A DNA stretch of 64,000 bases from Diplonema japonicum (lineage: Eukaryota; Protista; Euglenozoa: Diplonemea), in NCBI GenBank assembly GCA_964019335.1, contig OZ025745.1, positions 303,314 through 367,313 on the forward strand, given 5' to 3'. The notes under the pieces are model-generated. The model did not search any database, was not told the origin of the DNA, and worked only from the letters and a program-made list of their open reading frames with translations. Shown here piece by piece: positions 1 through 10,363 of the stretch (within the stretch, counting starts at the first letter, position 1; each line of letters begins with the position of its first letter). The position numbers were made by a program, and so were the translations under genes.

Positions 1-1053
1 GATGAGCTGCGATTCGAGTTCCATAAACCATCGTTTTTCATTGTCGACAAATGATTCGAGCTTTTCAAGGAGTAGAAAAACGAGACGGTGGATCCGTGTT
101 TTATCAGCGTCGCTGCGGGTCGCTTCTAACTGTTCGGGCGAGAGCGACATTTTAGCACGCATGGCGGTGGCGTCGAGTTGGTTAAGAACCTCAAGATCGC
201 CGATTTCTTCCTTCAAAACCCCTTTTCCGAACAGCCTGTTTAACGATGTTTTCATCAGCGCCGCCTCGTTGTTGTCCTCCGTCTTCCCGTTTTCGTCGTA
301 AGTTTTTCGTTTCGCATCGTCGCCGAGAACCTCGTACGCGGCAGCAAGATTTTTGAACTTTTTCTCCGCAACGGGGTTATTCGGGTTCTTGTCGGGGTGG
401 TACCGCAGGGCGAGCTTTCTGTAGCTTCTCTTTATCTCTTGTTGCGTGGCGTTTGGTTTCACATTCAGAAGTTTGTAATATTCATCATCCGCAACCTGTA
501 CCTCTTCCTTATCATTTCCGGTGTCAGGTTCATCGTCAAACTGTTCCTCTGGAAGATCCTTCGTTTTGTCCTCAATACAAAAAACAAACTCGTTACCAAC
601 ATTGCTCCTGTAACCTGTTACGTATAAAACTGGATTGTCCGCTGGTGATTTTCTTGGTTTCCCGGTTGGTTTTCCTGTGGCGCTGGCAGGATCAGCGCCT
701 TTTTCTAGTACATCTATGATTGGGGAGGAACACCCGAATACACTGTGGGATACCGCGATCAGTAATTCGTAGTTTGTGTCGCCTATCTCGTAAAGAACAT
801 GGCCTGCGGTGCCAGCGGGGACCCATGGTTTGCCTGTTAGGCTTAACCACATGATTCCCATTGGGGCTATGTAGTCAGGGGGGGGACGCCCCCAAACACC
901 CCATTTGCACACGGATTTCTTCAGCATTAAAGGTTCCGTGCTGAAATTCTTAACCACCACCGGCGTGACGTGCCATCGTTCCTCCGCAGCGCATTTATCC
1001 CGAAGCTCCCGTAGATGGTTCCCCCGCCTGTCCGGCAGCTTGGCTGGACCCAT
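1..1053 (-). CDS. DnaJ/Hsp40 J-domain protein (3' end runs off the window); N-terminal beta-rich domain, acidic linker, J domain
   Basis: Manual translation from ATG at 1053 is open through the J domain: MGPAKLPD...[64 protein letters not shown] (HPD motif). Absent from the ORF track because the stop lies outside the window. Confidence 0.85.
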   Translation of the reverse strand, partial: MGPAKLPDRRGNHLRELRDKCAAEERWHVTPVVVKNFSTEPLMLKKSVCKWGVWGRPPPDYIAPMGIMWLSLTGKPWVPAGTAGHVLYEIGDTNYELLIAVSHSVFGCSSPIIDVLEKGADPASATGKPTGKPRKSPADNPVLYVTGYRSNVGNEFVFCIEDKTKDLPEEQFDDEPDTGNDKEEVQVADDEYYKLLNVKPNATQQEIKRSYRKLALRYHPDKNPNNPVAEKKFKNLAAAYEVLGDDAKRKTYDENGKTEDNNEAALMKTSLNRLFGKGVLKEEIGDLEVLNQLDATAMRAKMSLSPEQLEATRSDADKTRIHRLVFLLLEKLESFVDNEKRWFMELESQLI

Positions 1054-1264
1054 TTTTTTTTTTTTGTGTGTTTGTGTTTCTCTTTTTTTTTTTTTTTTTT
1101 GTCTGGTAATTAGTGGGAACGTGAATATAATTGAAACGGGTGGGGGTGGGGGGGGTAGATATGGGTTGGTAAGTGGAGAATATTGAAGGGGTTCTTTTTT
1201 TTTTTTTTCCCCTTCTTTTTTTTTTTTCCCGTGGGTATCCCTTTCTCCTTTTTTCCCTCCCTTC

Positions 1265-1299
<35 letters not shown>

Positions 1300-1430
1300 G
1301 GTTTTAAATATTGGGTTGCAGCTTCGCACCCCTTTCCCCCCTCAGCTCAATGAACCACCTCTCTGAAGATCTTAGGGTGCGAAGATGGGATGTTCTGTGT
1401 GAGTTTTAAAAAAAAAGATTTTTTATTTCT

Positions 1431-2228
1431 TCATCTTTCACATACCGAGCCACGGTTGTACGAAGTCTGTTTCTGAAAAGTCTGGGTGCGTGGGGTATGT
1501 GGTGGGGTGCGCTGCCGAGGACGGCCACCAGAGGGTCTCCCACCACCAAAGAATCTCCCACCACCACCACCAGAGAGTCTCCCACCACCACCAGAAGGTC
1601 TTCCGTCAAAAGAAGAGAAAGGCCGGCCGGCAGGCCGGCCGGGGCGGGGGTTGGGGTGGGGGTGATGCCGTGAGAACGAACTCCTTCCACGGACACCACC
1701 GTTGTTGCTGTTGTGGCTGCGGCTGTTGTAGGTGCTGTTGGTACTAATTCTGTCAGGGTGGCGACCCAATGATCTCCCTCGTGGAGCCGAGGCGGACCGT
1801 GGCCTTGGTCGGTAAGGCTCGTAACGGTTCCTGCTTCGGCTCCGTTCCCTATCGCGGCCTCTGCCTCTTTGAACAGAGTTAGACCTGCTCCTGCCCTTCC
1901 CACCTCCTTTCCCGTTTTGTACAGGGTTATGCCCGAACCTGCCCCGTCCGAGGTCGTTCGGGCTGATTCGGGAAAGTTCAGCTCTGCATATTTTATTACC
2001 CACGTCAGCCCCATTGAACACTGTTACTGACTCCCTTGCTACCGACGATTTCTGATATACCACCAACACTCTTCCCATGCCGCCGATTGCCTCCAGCAGC
2101 GTGAACGTTTTTATGCTCCCGCAGTGACTGAAAATGTCTCGAAAATCTTGCTCACCCCAGTCGGTCGGCAGTTCGGAAAACAGCACTGTTTTATTCGCAT
2201 GCGTTTCATCGTCGTCTTTGCTAAACAT
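1431..2228 (-). CDS. RRM RNA-binding protein with RS/RGG-rich low-complexity tail
   Basis: N-terminal RRM-like pattern (TVLFSELP...FSHCGSI...GRVLVVY...FNGADVGNKICRAE) followed by RS- and RGG/GGGR-rich sequence. Confidence 0.75.
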   Translation of the reverse strand: MFSKDDDETHANKTVLFSELPTDWGEQDFRDIFSHCGSIKTFTLLEAIGGMGRVLVVYQKSSVARESVTVFNGADVGNKICRAELSRISPNDLGRGRFGHNPVQNGKGGGKGRSRSNSVQRGRGRDRERSRSRNRYEPYRPRPRSASAPRGRSLGRHPDRISTNSTYNSRSHNSNNGGVRGRSSFSRHHPHPNPRPGRPAGRPFSSFDGRPSGGGGRLSGGGGGRFFGGGRPSGGRPRQRTPPHTPRTQTFQKQTSYNRGSVCER

Positions 2229-3023
2229 TTTTTTTCTTATATTACCACTCCCCTCCCCTCTTTATTATTTTCTCCCCCCCCCCGAAAAAAATGGACTCAG
2301 CAAGACTTCCTTTTTTTTCTATTGGCCAGCACACGTTTCAAGAAGAATACCGGTGGTATAATGAAACATCCACAACAAAAAAAAGAGAAGAGGGGGGAGA
2401 TATAAAAAAAAAAAGGAAAAACGCGGAGGTGCGGGGAGGGAGGGGGTAAAAAAATAAAAGAAAAGGGAGGGGGTAAAAATAAAATAAAAAAGAGAAATGC
2501 ATGGTGTGGTGGGGACTGGAAGCGGAGGGGGGGAGGCGTGAGGATCTCTCTCTTTCTTCTTCTTTTTTTTTCTTCCCTTCCTCTTTCTACCTCTTTCTTT
2601 ATATTCTTTTAAATAAGAGGGCCTTCGTGTGCTACGTGCGGGGGGAAGGGGGGGGGGGGGAGAACAAAAAAGGGGAAAACAAGAAAAAAATGTAGTCATG
2701 AAATCGGAAGAGATTAAAAAAAAAAACACAATAAGAACACCGCAACACACCCTCTTGAGGCACACATCTTTTTTTTTTTTTTCCAAAGAGGTTTTCCTGA
2801 GAAACAAATATAAAAAAAAAAGGAGAGGGGGGGAAAAAAAAAAGAGGACCCCACTGGGGAGAGAGGGGAGGAGAGGGGGAAGTACAGAGTTTTTTTTAAA
2901 AAAAAAAAGGGGGGGGAATACAAAAAAAAGGAACAATAAAAAACTACACTGAGCAAAAAAAAATACCCCCCCCCCCGCTTTTATCTCGCACTATGAAAAA
3001 TGACATTTTCTCCCAACTTTCTT

Positions 3024-4111
3024 CTAATGAGTAATCCGACGAGGGGTAACGCTGTACCTCGGGGTACGGGGAGTTGCTGCCCTGCTCACCGGACGAGGGG
3101 AGATTGAACGCCTTGGAGATGTCATAGGCCGGGGAGAAAGCCTTCCGTGACCAATGGTGAATTTATTAGAGAGAGGTGGAATCGACTTGTTAGCCTTTGC
3201 CACCTTACTGGCGCCGACGGTGCCCAGCTGCATCTGCAGTTTCTCGATTAGGCTTGAAAAGTCAGTGCAGATAGTTTCCAGCTCACAACGCTCCTGCCCC
3301 AACAAAGATCTTTCTTTATGAATGTCGTTGAACTGTCTTCTAAGCTTGGCGGTGTCGGTGAGGCAGTCCTTCTGGGCTCTCTTCAAATCGTTTGCAAGGT
3401 CCTTCTGCGATCTCTTCAGCCTCTGGATTTCTGAAGAGAGTTCAACAGCGTCGTCACGTTTTCTTCTGGAATCTTCTGCGAGTTTTACAGATTCGAAATC
3501 ATCGTCAAATCGAGCGGTTCCTTTGTCAGCTTTCGCTGCGGCCCAGGTTTGTTTGTAATTTGTGCCTCTTTTAGTGTGGTAAGCGAGTTCGCGGTTTTTG
3601 GCTTCCAAACCCATGTAGATGTTCTCCAGTGCGGCAAGTTCTTTTTGACAGTCGACAATCATTTGGTGTTTTGTCTTTTCGCATTCGTCCCTGATTCGAG
3701 GAAGGGAGAACAGGGTTTTGTTTTGGAGGTCTGTGAGCGAGGCAGTGAGGACACCGTCGTCCGCTCTTGATGCCTCGGTTTGGACTTCGATGATGTCGAG
3801 GCCTTCTTCTCTTTCTTTCTCAATGTCTTGGAGGACTTCGAGGGTTTCGGGGACGCAGATTTGGTTAGCGGACTCGGCTCGCGATTTGTTTTCCGTCACC
3901 ATGCCTACCAGCTCCCCGACCATCTCCTTCAGCACCGTGCTGAAGTACGACTGCCTCTTCTCCAGGTCGCACGTTATCTTCTTGAACCTCTCCAGCTCCT
4001 TTATCTTCTGGTCCCTTGTGAACGACGCCATCCTCGCCTCCTCGATCTTCAGAACCGCTTCTTGCGCCATCGTGATGACCTCTGACTTTGACGGCCCGTT
4101 GCGGGACAGTT

Positions 4112-4151
<40 letters not shown>

Positions 4152-4771
4152 ATACATGGCTTTTTCCTTGTCCATCACGGAGTAGCGTCTTTCTTGTTCC
4201 GCTTTGTCGCCTTCCTGGTATGAATAAGAAGATTTTTTTTTTTTCTTTTTTTGTTTTCTAATACACACCGTGATGGCCCTCACGAGATTGGGGTCTGTCA
4301 CATCTGCGGACTTGATCTCTATCATGATGGACCATGCGGATCGGTCCTTCGGCAGTTTTGCGTCGTCGGTCATTTCGTGCAGGACATGCCACGCGCCTTT
4401 TAAGATTTTTTTTTTTAAAATTATTATTATTGTTTTGTTTTGTGTTGTGTACCGTCTTTCTCGATGGATCCTTCAAGGAGCCAGTGCTTGGGGTCCGTGT
4501 TCGGATCGTCGCACGAGGTGCGCATCCTGTACCCCATGAGTGCCGCGGGTTCCTGCAGTTCCAGGATCACGGGGCGGTGTTTCTCATCTCTCCATGCCGT
4601 GCTCGCTTTGCTGTCAATGATGTGCTCTGGCTTGATCTGAGGGGGGGGGGGTGTTGTTGCGGGGAAGGGGGGGAAAAAGTACGCTACCGAGCTGCTCCAT
4701 GTGTTGCACCATGCGTCCCTGAACTTGGCCTCTGTGCCGTCGAGTTGCATGAGCTGGGAATTTTTTTTAAA

Positions 4772-4822
<51 letters not shown>

Positions 4823-5069
4823 CCTGAATCCCAGAGACCGCAGGCTTAGTCAGCGCATTGTTGTCACGGGTTTCCCTCACTGTCAGTCGGATGTACTGAA
4901 CAATGTCCACGTCTCCCACCTTTTTTTTTTTTTTTTTTTTTTTTTTGAAATTGTTTTTTTTTTTTTTTTTTTTTAAACACACCTGGTCTATAAGTTCTTT
5001 CTCCTCAATGCACAGGTCCTCATATTTCCTTCTCAGCTCTGCTACCTCCTGCTCTGGTTCCAACTCCAT
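3024..5069 (-). CDS. 7-exon gene: galactose-binding/discoidin-like N-terminal domain plus long coiled coil
   Basis: Three ORF-track fragments join in frame via six GT-AG introns (4920-4982, 4754-4823, 4637-4687, 4397-4452, 4215-4268, 4114-4155) from ATG 5069. GYRMRTSCDDPNTDPKHWLLEGS...WHVLHE resembles discoidin-like domains; the C-terminus is heptad-rich. Confidence 0.75.
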
Positions 5070-5986
5070 GTATTGAAATGGCCCCTGTCCCCCTTTTTTT
5101 TTCTCTTTTTTTTTTTCCAAGACGCATAGAGGGAGGGGGGGACATGACGACGAAGAAAAAAAAAAAAAGCGGGTGGGGGAGATGCGGAGACTAACAAAAA
5201 GCGGCAAACGGAAAGGGGGGGGAGTGAACAAAAAAATCATGACCTGTTATCTTTTCTTTTTTCCCCTCCCCAATTTTACTCAATTTTAATTTTACTTCAT
5301 TCACACTACCATTCCAGAAAATTCAATTTCTCCGACATATGTCGGGTTGGACGTGCCGCTGGGGTAAGAAGCGCGTACCTCATACAAAAAAAAAAAAAAA
5401 AAAAAAAATTGCCGGGCAAACTCCCTGAGGAATATCTTCTTTGTTGTATTTCTTTTTTAAACCCCCCCGGCAAGGGGGAAAAGCTTCACCCTTTCCCCGT
5501 TGGCAGGGTGCCCCCCCCCCCCCCCCCCCCCCCCTCTATTCTCCACTGACTGAAAAGCTATAAAGAGAATTTTTGATGCCGGAGTCCGGCATTTTTTTTG
5601 TTTTACAGCAGCTTTTTTTCTTCTGTTTAGGATGCGGACGAGGTACTTTTAAAAGGGGGGGGAGAAGAGAGCAAAAGGGCTGATGGCGATCAAAGTAAAA
5701 AAATGGGGGGGGGACGCTCTTTCTTACAAGGGCCTCTTCGAACATTCGACCTATGACACGCAGCGCAAACCCATGGATTGGGTGAGAGTGTTCTCTTTGA
5801 GGAACCAGGCTTATCTACACCACTGAAAAGAGTCTCCCGTTTGTTTCCTAAAAGAGGAAAAAAAAAAAGAGGGGAAAAAAAAAACCTTTTCTTCTCTCTT
5901 AGAAGGTCCTGGTTTTTCTTCTACATAAAAGAAGCAACTCTCTTCTCCTCTTTGTCCACTCCAAAAGAACTGATATTTATCAGTGT

Positions 5987-6018
<32 letters not shown>

Positions 6019-6524
6019 AGGAAAAAAAAAAGGACAAAGAATTTCTTTTTCATTAATTTGTGTTGTCCCCCCCACCCCGTATTTTGCCCATCTTAAGATA
6101 AGGTGATCAATCTCAAAAAAAAAAAAAACTCGTTTTTCTTTTCTCTCTTTTTTTCTTTTTTTTTCTTTTTTTTTTTTTTTTTGCTTATGGTCAGCAGTTA
6201 TCTCGTTGTTGAAAATGGAAAAGAAAAAAATATAAAAAAAAAAGGGGGAGCGAAATAAAATTTAAAAAGAAAAAGAGAAAAAAGGGGGGGGGGGGGCGGG
6301 GACCCCCTCTTGTTTGCGTTAAGAAACCTTAACTCACAAAAAAAAGTTTTTTTTTTGTTGCCCCCTTTCCTCTTGAGGGGATAGAGGGAAGGGGTCCGCC
6401 CGACGGGGAAAGAATTAAAAAAAAAAAAAGAACAAAAAAAAAAAAAAACTAGACAATTTAATTTTTAGGGCGCTTTTTTTTTTTTTTTTTCTCTCTTCTT
6501 TTTTTTCTTCTGTCTTCCATATAT

Positions 6525-8867
6525 TCACTTTGAAGTACGGATATACTTCCTCCCCTTCACCAAAATGAGAACTGCAACGATACCAATAGCAAGCAGCTGC
6601 CACGGGAACGGCTCGGGTTGCATGTTCCTCCGGATGCGATTGGCCGCCTTCTCCTCATTGGTGAGCCTTCTCAAGTGGGTCTTATCACCATTGTCGTCGC
6701 TTTCGCAGAACTCTGGGAAGTCCGGACAGCAGTCGTTTCGCTGACGGCACCCAACACTGCAAGAGCAACCTTTGCACGCGGCTGTTGTCCCACAACTGTC
6801 TGCACACGTGCAGGTTTCTAGAGTAGCAACGCCACCGCAGGATGCGACCTTATCATGGCAACAACTGTTGTCGAGAGCGCAGAACTGTTGGCAGCTGCAC
6901 GAGAATGCTGTTAGTTCAGAGCATGCACCGGAGCACTGGGGAACGGCCTTGGGGCCTGTTGTCTTAAATGGAGTAGGTGAGCTGCCAGCAGAGCTCTTCT
7001 CGTCGTCATCCGACGGCGCCCCGCAGTCCGCCTCCACGGTGTCACAGCACCTAGAGCATTCAATGGGGTCTATCTGTTCTGGAGGCAGGACCCCACACAT
7101 GCGGCACTCCATAGAACATGAGCATCCACATGTCGGGTGCACCTTCTTCCCGCAGTGTTCTGTTTCACACTTGCAGTCTGTGTTCATTTCCAAGCATGCG
7201 CCGTAGTCGTGGCAGCAAGGGATCCCTTCGCCTCCGTTTTCCATGCACGTTGATGAACATGAACACTGGCAGCCGAACGTGGACTCTTCCCCTTCGTTGC
7301 ACCTGCTCGCGCACATGCATTCTTCTTCCTCTCTGTTGGAGGTGCACTGGGCGGCGTATTCATCTGAGGTGGGCGCGCAGCACACTTCACCAAAATCGCC
7401 CCCGAAGATGCACACGCTGTTGTCGCACGTGCAGCCGCATTTTTCAACGTCCTTTGAAGGCAGGTTTTCAGCGCAGTGGCCTTCGCATGTCGGCTTGCAT
7501 GTTTCTGCTTCGTCTTTGATGCAGCATGCGTCTTTCATGTCCCACCTGTAAGGTTGGGTGGACACAGGCCACACATCTGAGATAGCAGCGTGGAGTTTGC
7601 TGCAGCTTCCTAATGCACCACATTTCAATCCTTTGCCGCAAGTGTTGCTTTCGGAGCAGTCACCGTCACCTTCACCGAGCTCCCCGCCGCAGTTGTCCCT
7701 CCCAAGGCACATGCCCTTGCAGACACCGGCTTTGCATGTGTCGTGCTGTGTCAGGATGTTGTTGTCGTCGCAGAGCGTGCCGTCGTCCAACGGTACATGG
7801 GTGCACTTCCCGTCTTCGCACTTCGGTGCCTTGCATGGCGTTGCAGTGCAAGGTTCCCCACCGCACTGCAAGCTCCCCAAACATATGCCTGCTATGCACA
7901 TATCTTCTGTTGTTTCATCGCTGCCGTCATCACAGGACTTGCGGTCGGGTTTGTTGATGTAGCTGCAGAGGCCGGCCTTGGGGCTGGGGGGTTCGATGCA
8001 TGATCCTAATTCGCGGCACTGTCCGTGGTTGTCGCAGGACAGCCCGTCGCACGGGGACACCCCCCTGCACGTACCCGCTTTGCACATGTCGTTGAAGGTA
8101 GCTGGGTTGCCGTCATCACACAGCGTGTCGTCTATCCTGTTCTCTTTCACGCACTTCTTCTTGCCGTCGATCTCGATGCAGAGAGGCCACTCGCATTGCG
8201 GTGCTGTGCACACCTCTTCACCGCAAGGGACGCGGACGTCGCAGAAATCCCAGTCGTTCTTCTCCGGCCCGGTGCGGCACCAGATGCTCCGTCTGCCATT
8301 CGCGTTCCTGCAGTAGTTTTTTCCAGCACGCACCCCGAACCCAGGGATGCTGGCATTCCAGTTGATGCACGCCTTTCCGGTTTGTGTTATGTTGGTGCAT
8401 CCCCTGTAGTCCATGCCGTCCTTCGATTTTGGCTTCGGTGGCGAGGCAACGCAGTAGTTGGTGACAGTGACCTGGCGGGGTGGAGGAGGTGGTGGTGTCT
8501 CGTCTTGATTTTGGGATTCGTCAGTAGCGGGTTTGGATTCGTCAGTAGCGGGTTTGGATTCGTCAGTAGCGGGTTTGGATTCGTCAGTAGCGGGTTTGGA
8601 TTCGTCAGTAGCGGGTTTGGATTCGTCAGTAGCGGGTTTGGATTCGTCAGTAGCGGGTTTGGATTCGTCAGTAGCGGGTTTGGATTCGTCAGTAGCGGGT
8701 TTGGATTCGTCAGTAGCGGGTTTGGATTCGTCAGTAGCGGGTTTGGATCCGTCAGTTTCAATTTTTTCGTTTTTCTTTGTAGTGGGCTCCTCCATGTCAC
8801 TTCCTTGATTCATGGGGTCCTGTGCCATCGATGCACAGATGCAAAGCAGTAAAAAAACCACCCTCAT
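6525..8867 (-). CDS. Type I membrane/surface protein: signal peptide, KPATDES repeats, kringle domain, Cys-rich repeats, somatomedin-B-like modules, C-terminal TM helix
   Basis: Kringle signature DYRG...TQTGKACINW...KNYCRN...IWC...WDFCDV; three CDDxx..T..D.C.AG.C repeats; SMB-like CSC...C....CC.D modules; hydrophobic WQLLAIGIVAVLILV followed by a basic tail. Confidence 0.85.
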   Translation of the reverse strand: MRVVFLLLCICASMAQDPMNQGSDMEEPTTKKNEKIETDGSKPATDESKPATDESKPATDESKPATDESKPATDESKPATDESKPATDESKPATDESKPATDESKPATDESKPATDESQNQDETPPPPPPRQVTVTNYCVASPPKPKSKDGMDYRGCTNITQTGKACINWNASIPGFGVRAGKNYCRNANGRRSIWCRTGPEKNDWDFCDVRVPCGEEVCTAPQCEWPLCIEIDGKKKCVKENRIDDTLCDDGNPATFNDMCKAGTCRGVSPCDGLSCDNHGQCRELGSCIEPPSPKAGLCSYINKPDRKSCDDGSDETTEDMCIAGICLGSLQCGGEPCTATPCKAPKCEDGKCTHVPLDDGTLCDDNNILTQHDTCKAGVCKGMCLGRDNCGGELGEGDGDCSESNTCGKGLKCGALGSCSKLHAAISDVWPVSTQPYRWDMKDACCIKDEAETCKPTCEGHCAENLPSKDVEKCGCTCDNSVCIFGGDFGEVCCAPTSDEYAAQCTSNREEEECMCASRCNEGEESTFGCQCSCSSTCMENGGEGIPCCHDYGACLEMNTDCKCETEHCGKKVHPTCGCSCSMECRMCGVLPPEQIDPIECSRCCDTVEADCGAPSDDDEKSSAGSSPTPFKTTGPKAVPQCSGACSELTAFSCSCQQFCALDNSCCHDKVASCGGVATLETCTCADSCGTTAACKGCSCSVGCRQRNDCCPDFPEFCESDDNGDKTHLRRLTNEEKAANRIRRNMQPEPFPWQLLAIGIVAVLILVKGRKYIRTSK
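8514..8744. repeat. Coding minisatellite, 11 perfect 21-bp units (GGATTCGTCAGTAGCGGGTTT; encodes KPATDES)
   Basis: Directly visible perfect tandem array followed by one variant partial unit. Confidence 0.97.
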
Positions 8868-9940
8868 CCCTATTCGTGTGAAGAAAAAAAAAGATCAAGC
8901 CCTGTGGTGATGTTTGTTTTGTGTGTGATTTTAAATCCTTTTTAGTTTTCTTTTTTTTTTTTCTATTCTTTTTTTTTTTTTTTTTTTGTACAGGAATAAC
9001 AAAAAAGAAGAAAGGGAAAAAAAAAAGAAGAAAGAAAAAAAGGGGGAAAAAAAAGAAGAAAAAAACAGGAGGTCCCTTCAGGGCAGCAAAAACATCTATT
9101 GGGGAAGACTGTATCCGGTGCCCACCTGGCTACTAGGTCCTTTTTTTTCTTTTTTTTTTTTTTTTTTTTGCTTAGATGGAACCCAGGCCTCCCCGTATAG
9201 TGACAGGTTTTTGGTGGGCAGGTTTACGGGCCTTATTCTGAAATTGCTTGTTCACACCCCCCCTTTTTATTTTTGCTGCATTTATTTGTATACTGCCCTG
9301 CCTGAATCGGCACGATTTACCCCTCCTTTGCTACCTCGTGAGATACGAAGACGAAGGTAAGGGCAAAAGGGAACAAGGGGGTGCCAGAGACAGGGGGCAT
9401 ACAGAAAGAACAAAGAGAGAGAAGAAAAGGAAGATGAAGATAATTTTTCCCGAATCCCCCCCCCCCCCCCCTCGCTTTCTTGAAACAAAGAAAAGTTCAC
9501 ATAAACGGAGGTGGGGGGGGGGGGGGGGGGGGTGAGAGGTAAAAAGACGAAGGTCACAGGGGGAGGGGAAATATAGCGGGAAAGGAAGACGGGGGGAGGA
9601 GGGACGAGAATATAAAAAGGGGAAAAGAAGAAGAAAAAAAAAGGGGGAAAGAACAGGGTTCTCCTTCTTATTCTTTCTTTTTTTTTTCTCCCCCTTGACC
9701 TCCCCTCCTTTCTATGTTGGTTCTCTTTTTTTTGTTTGTATTTAAAAATACCCCTGCCCCCTTTGTTGATCCTATTTTTTTCTTGGGTTTCCTCCCCCCC
9801 CCCCCCTTCCTTCTTTTTCCACCTTCTGGGTTTCTGATAGGGGGGGGGGGGGGGGAACAATAAGTTTTAAAATGGTTTTTCATCGAACTGGGGGGGGAGA
9901 GAGACAGGGGAGGGGGGAGAAGAAGAAAAACAAGATCAAT

Positions 9941-10164
9941 TCAACTCTCGGGGCGCATTGGGCTGAATGCGGTGGGAACAAAGGGGGAATCACCCAGAGA
10001 AAGCTCTTCGGGACTTCGCTTTGGGGTGGTAGAAGAGGGAATGGGGGCAGCAACATAGAACATCTGCGGTGTTGCAAAATCAACTTCACATTGACCACTA
10101 GCCCTATAGCACTTGATCGCCGCAACAGAGGCAGCCAGTATGACAGAACGATAAGCAAGCTCCT

Positions 10165-10199
<35 letters not shown>

Positions 10200-10330
10200 C
10201 TCTTCTTCTTCTTCCCTCGTTTCCACACCTGTCGCAACTCTGTCCTTGCAGCCATCAACAATAACCCGTACATGTTCAGCCCAGTATTGTTCGGACCAGT
10301 ACCCCAGTATATCGCTGACATGTTGTCCTG

Positions 10331-10363
<33 letters not shown>

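Noticed and set aside
2124-2956. Many 60-200-aa ORFs rich in F, K, G and P here and in other spacers (5.5-6.1, 9.2-9.9, 21-23.9, 33.6-35, 42.7-43.3, 56-57.2 kb)
   Set aside because: Translations of homopolymer tracts that lack stop codons by composition; no protein-like content.
4114-4268. Poly-Lys stretches inside predicted proteins
   Set aside because: They coincide with GT-AG introns whose length is a multiple of three, so they are read-through artefacts of the ORF track.
5332-5345. Palindrome CCGACATATGTCGG (and CTAGATATCTAG at 43786-43797)
   Set aside because: Short, isolated and without supporting context; could arise by chance in 64 kb.
8514-8744. CRISPR-like regular repeat
   Set aside because: No spacers; contiguous in-frame coding minisatellite in a eukaryotic gene.
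9060-9360. Possible small plus-strand spliced gene (complex sequence between poly-A...CAG and GT sites)
   Set aside because: Could not assemble a convincing reading frame or recognise a domain.
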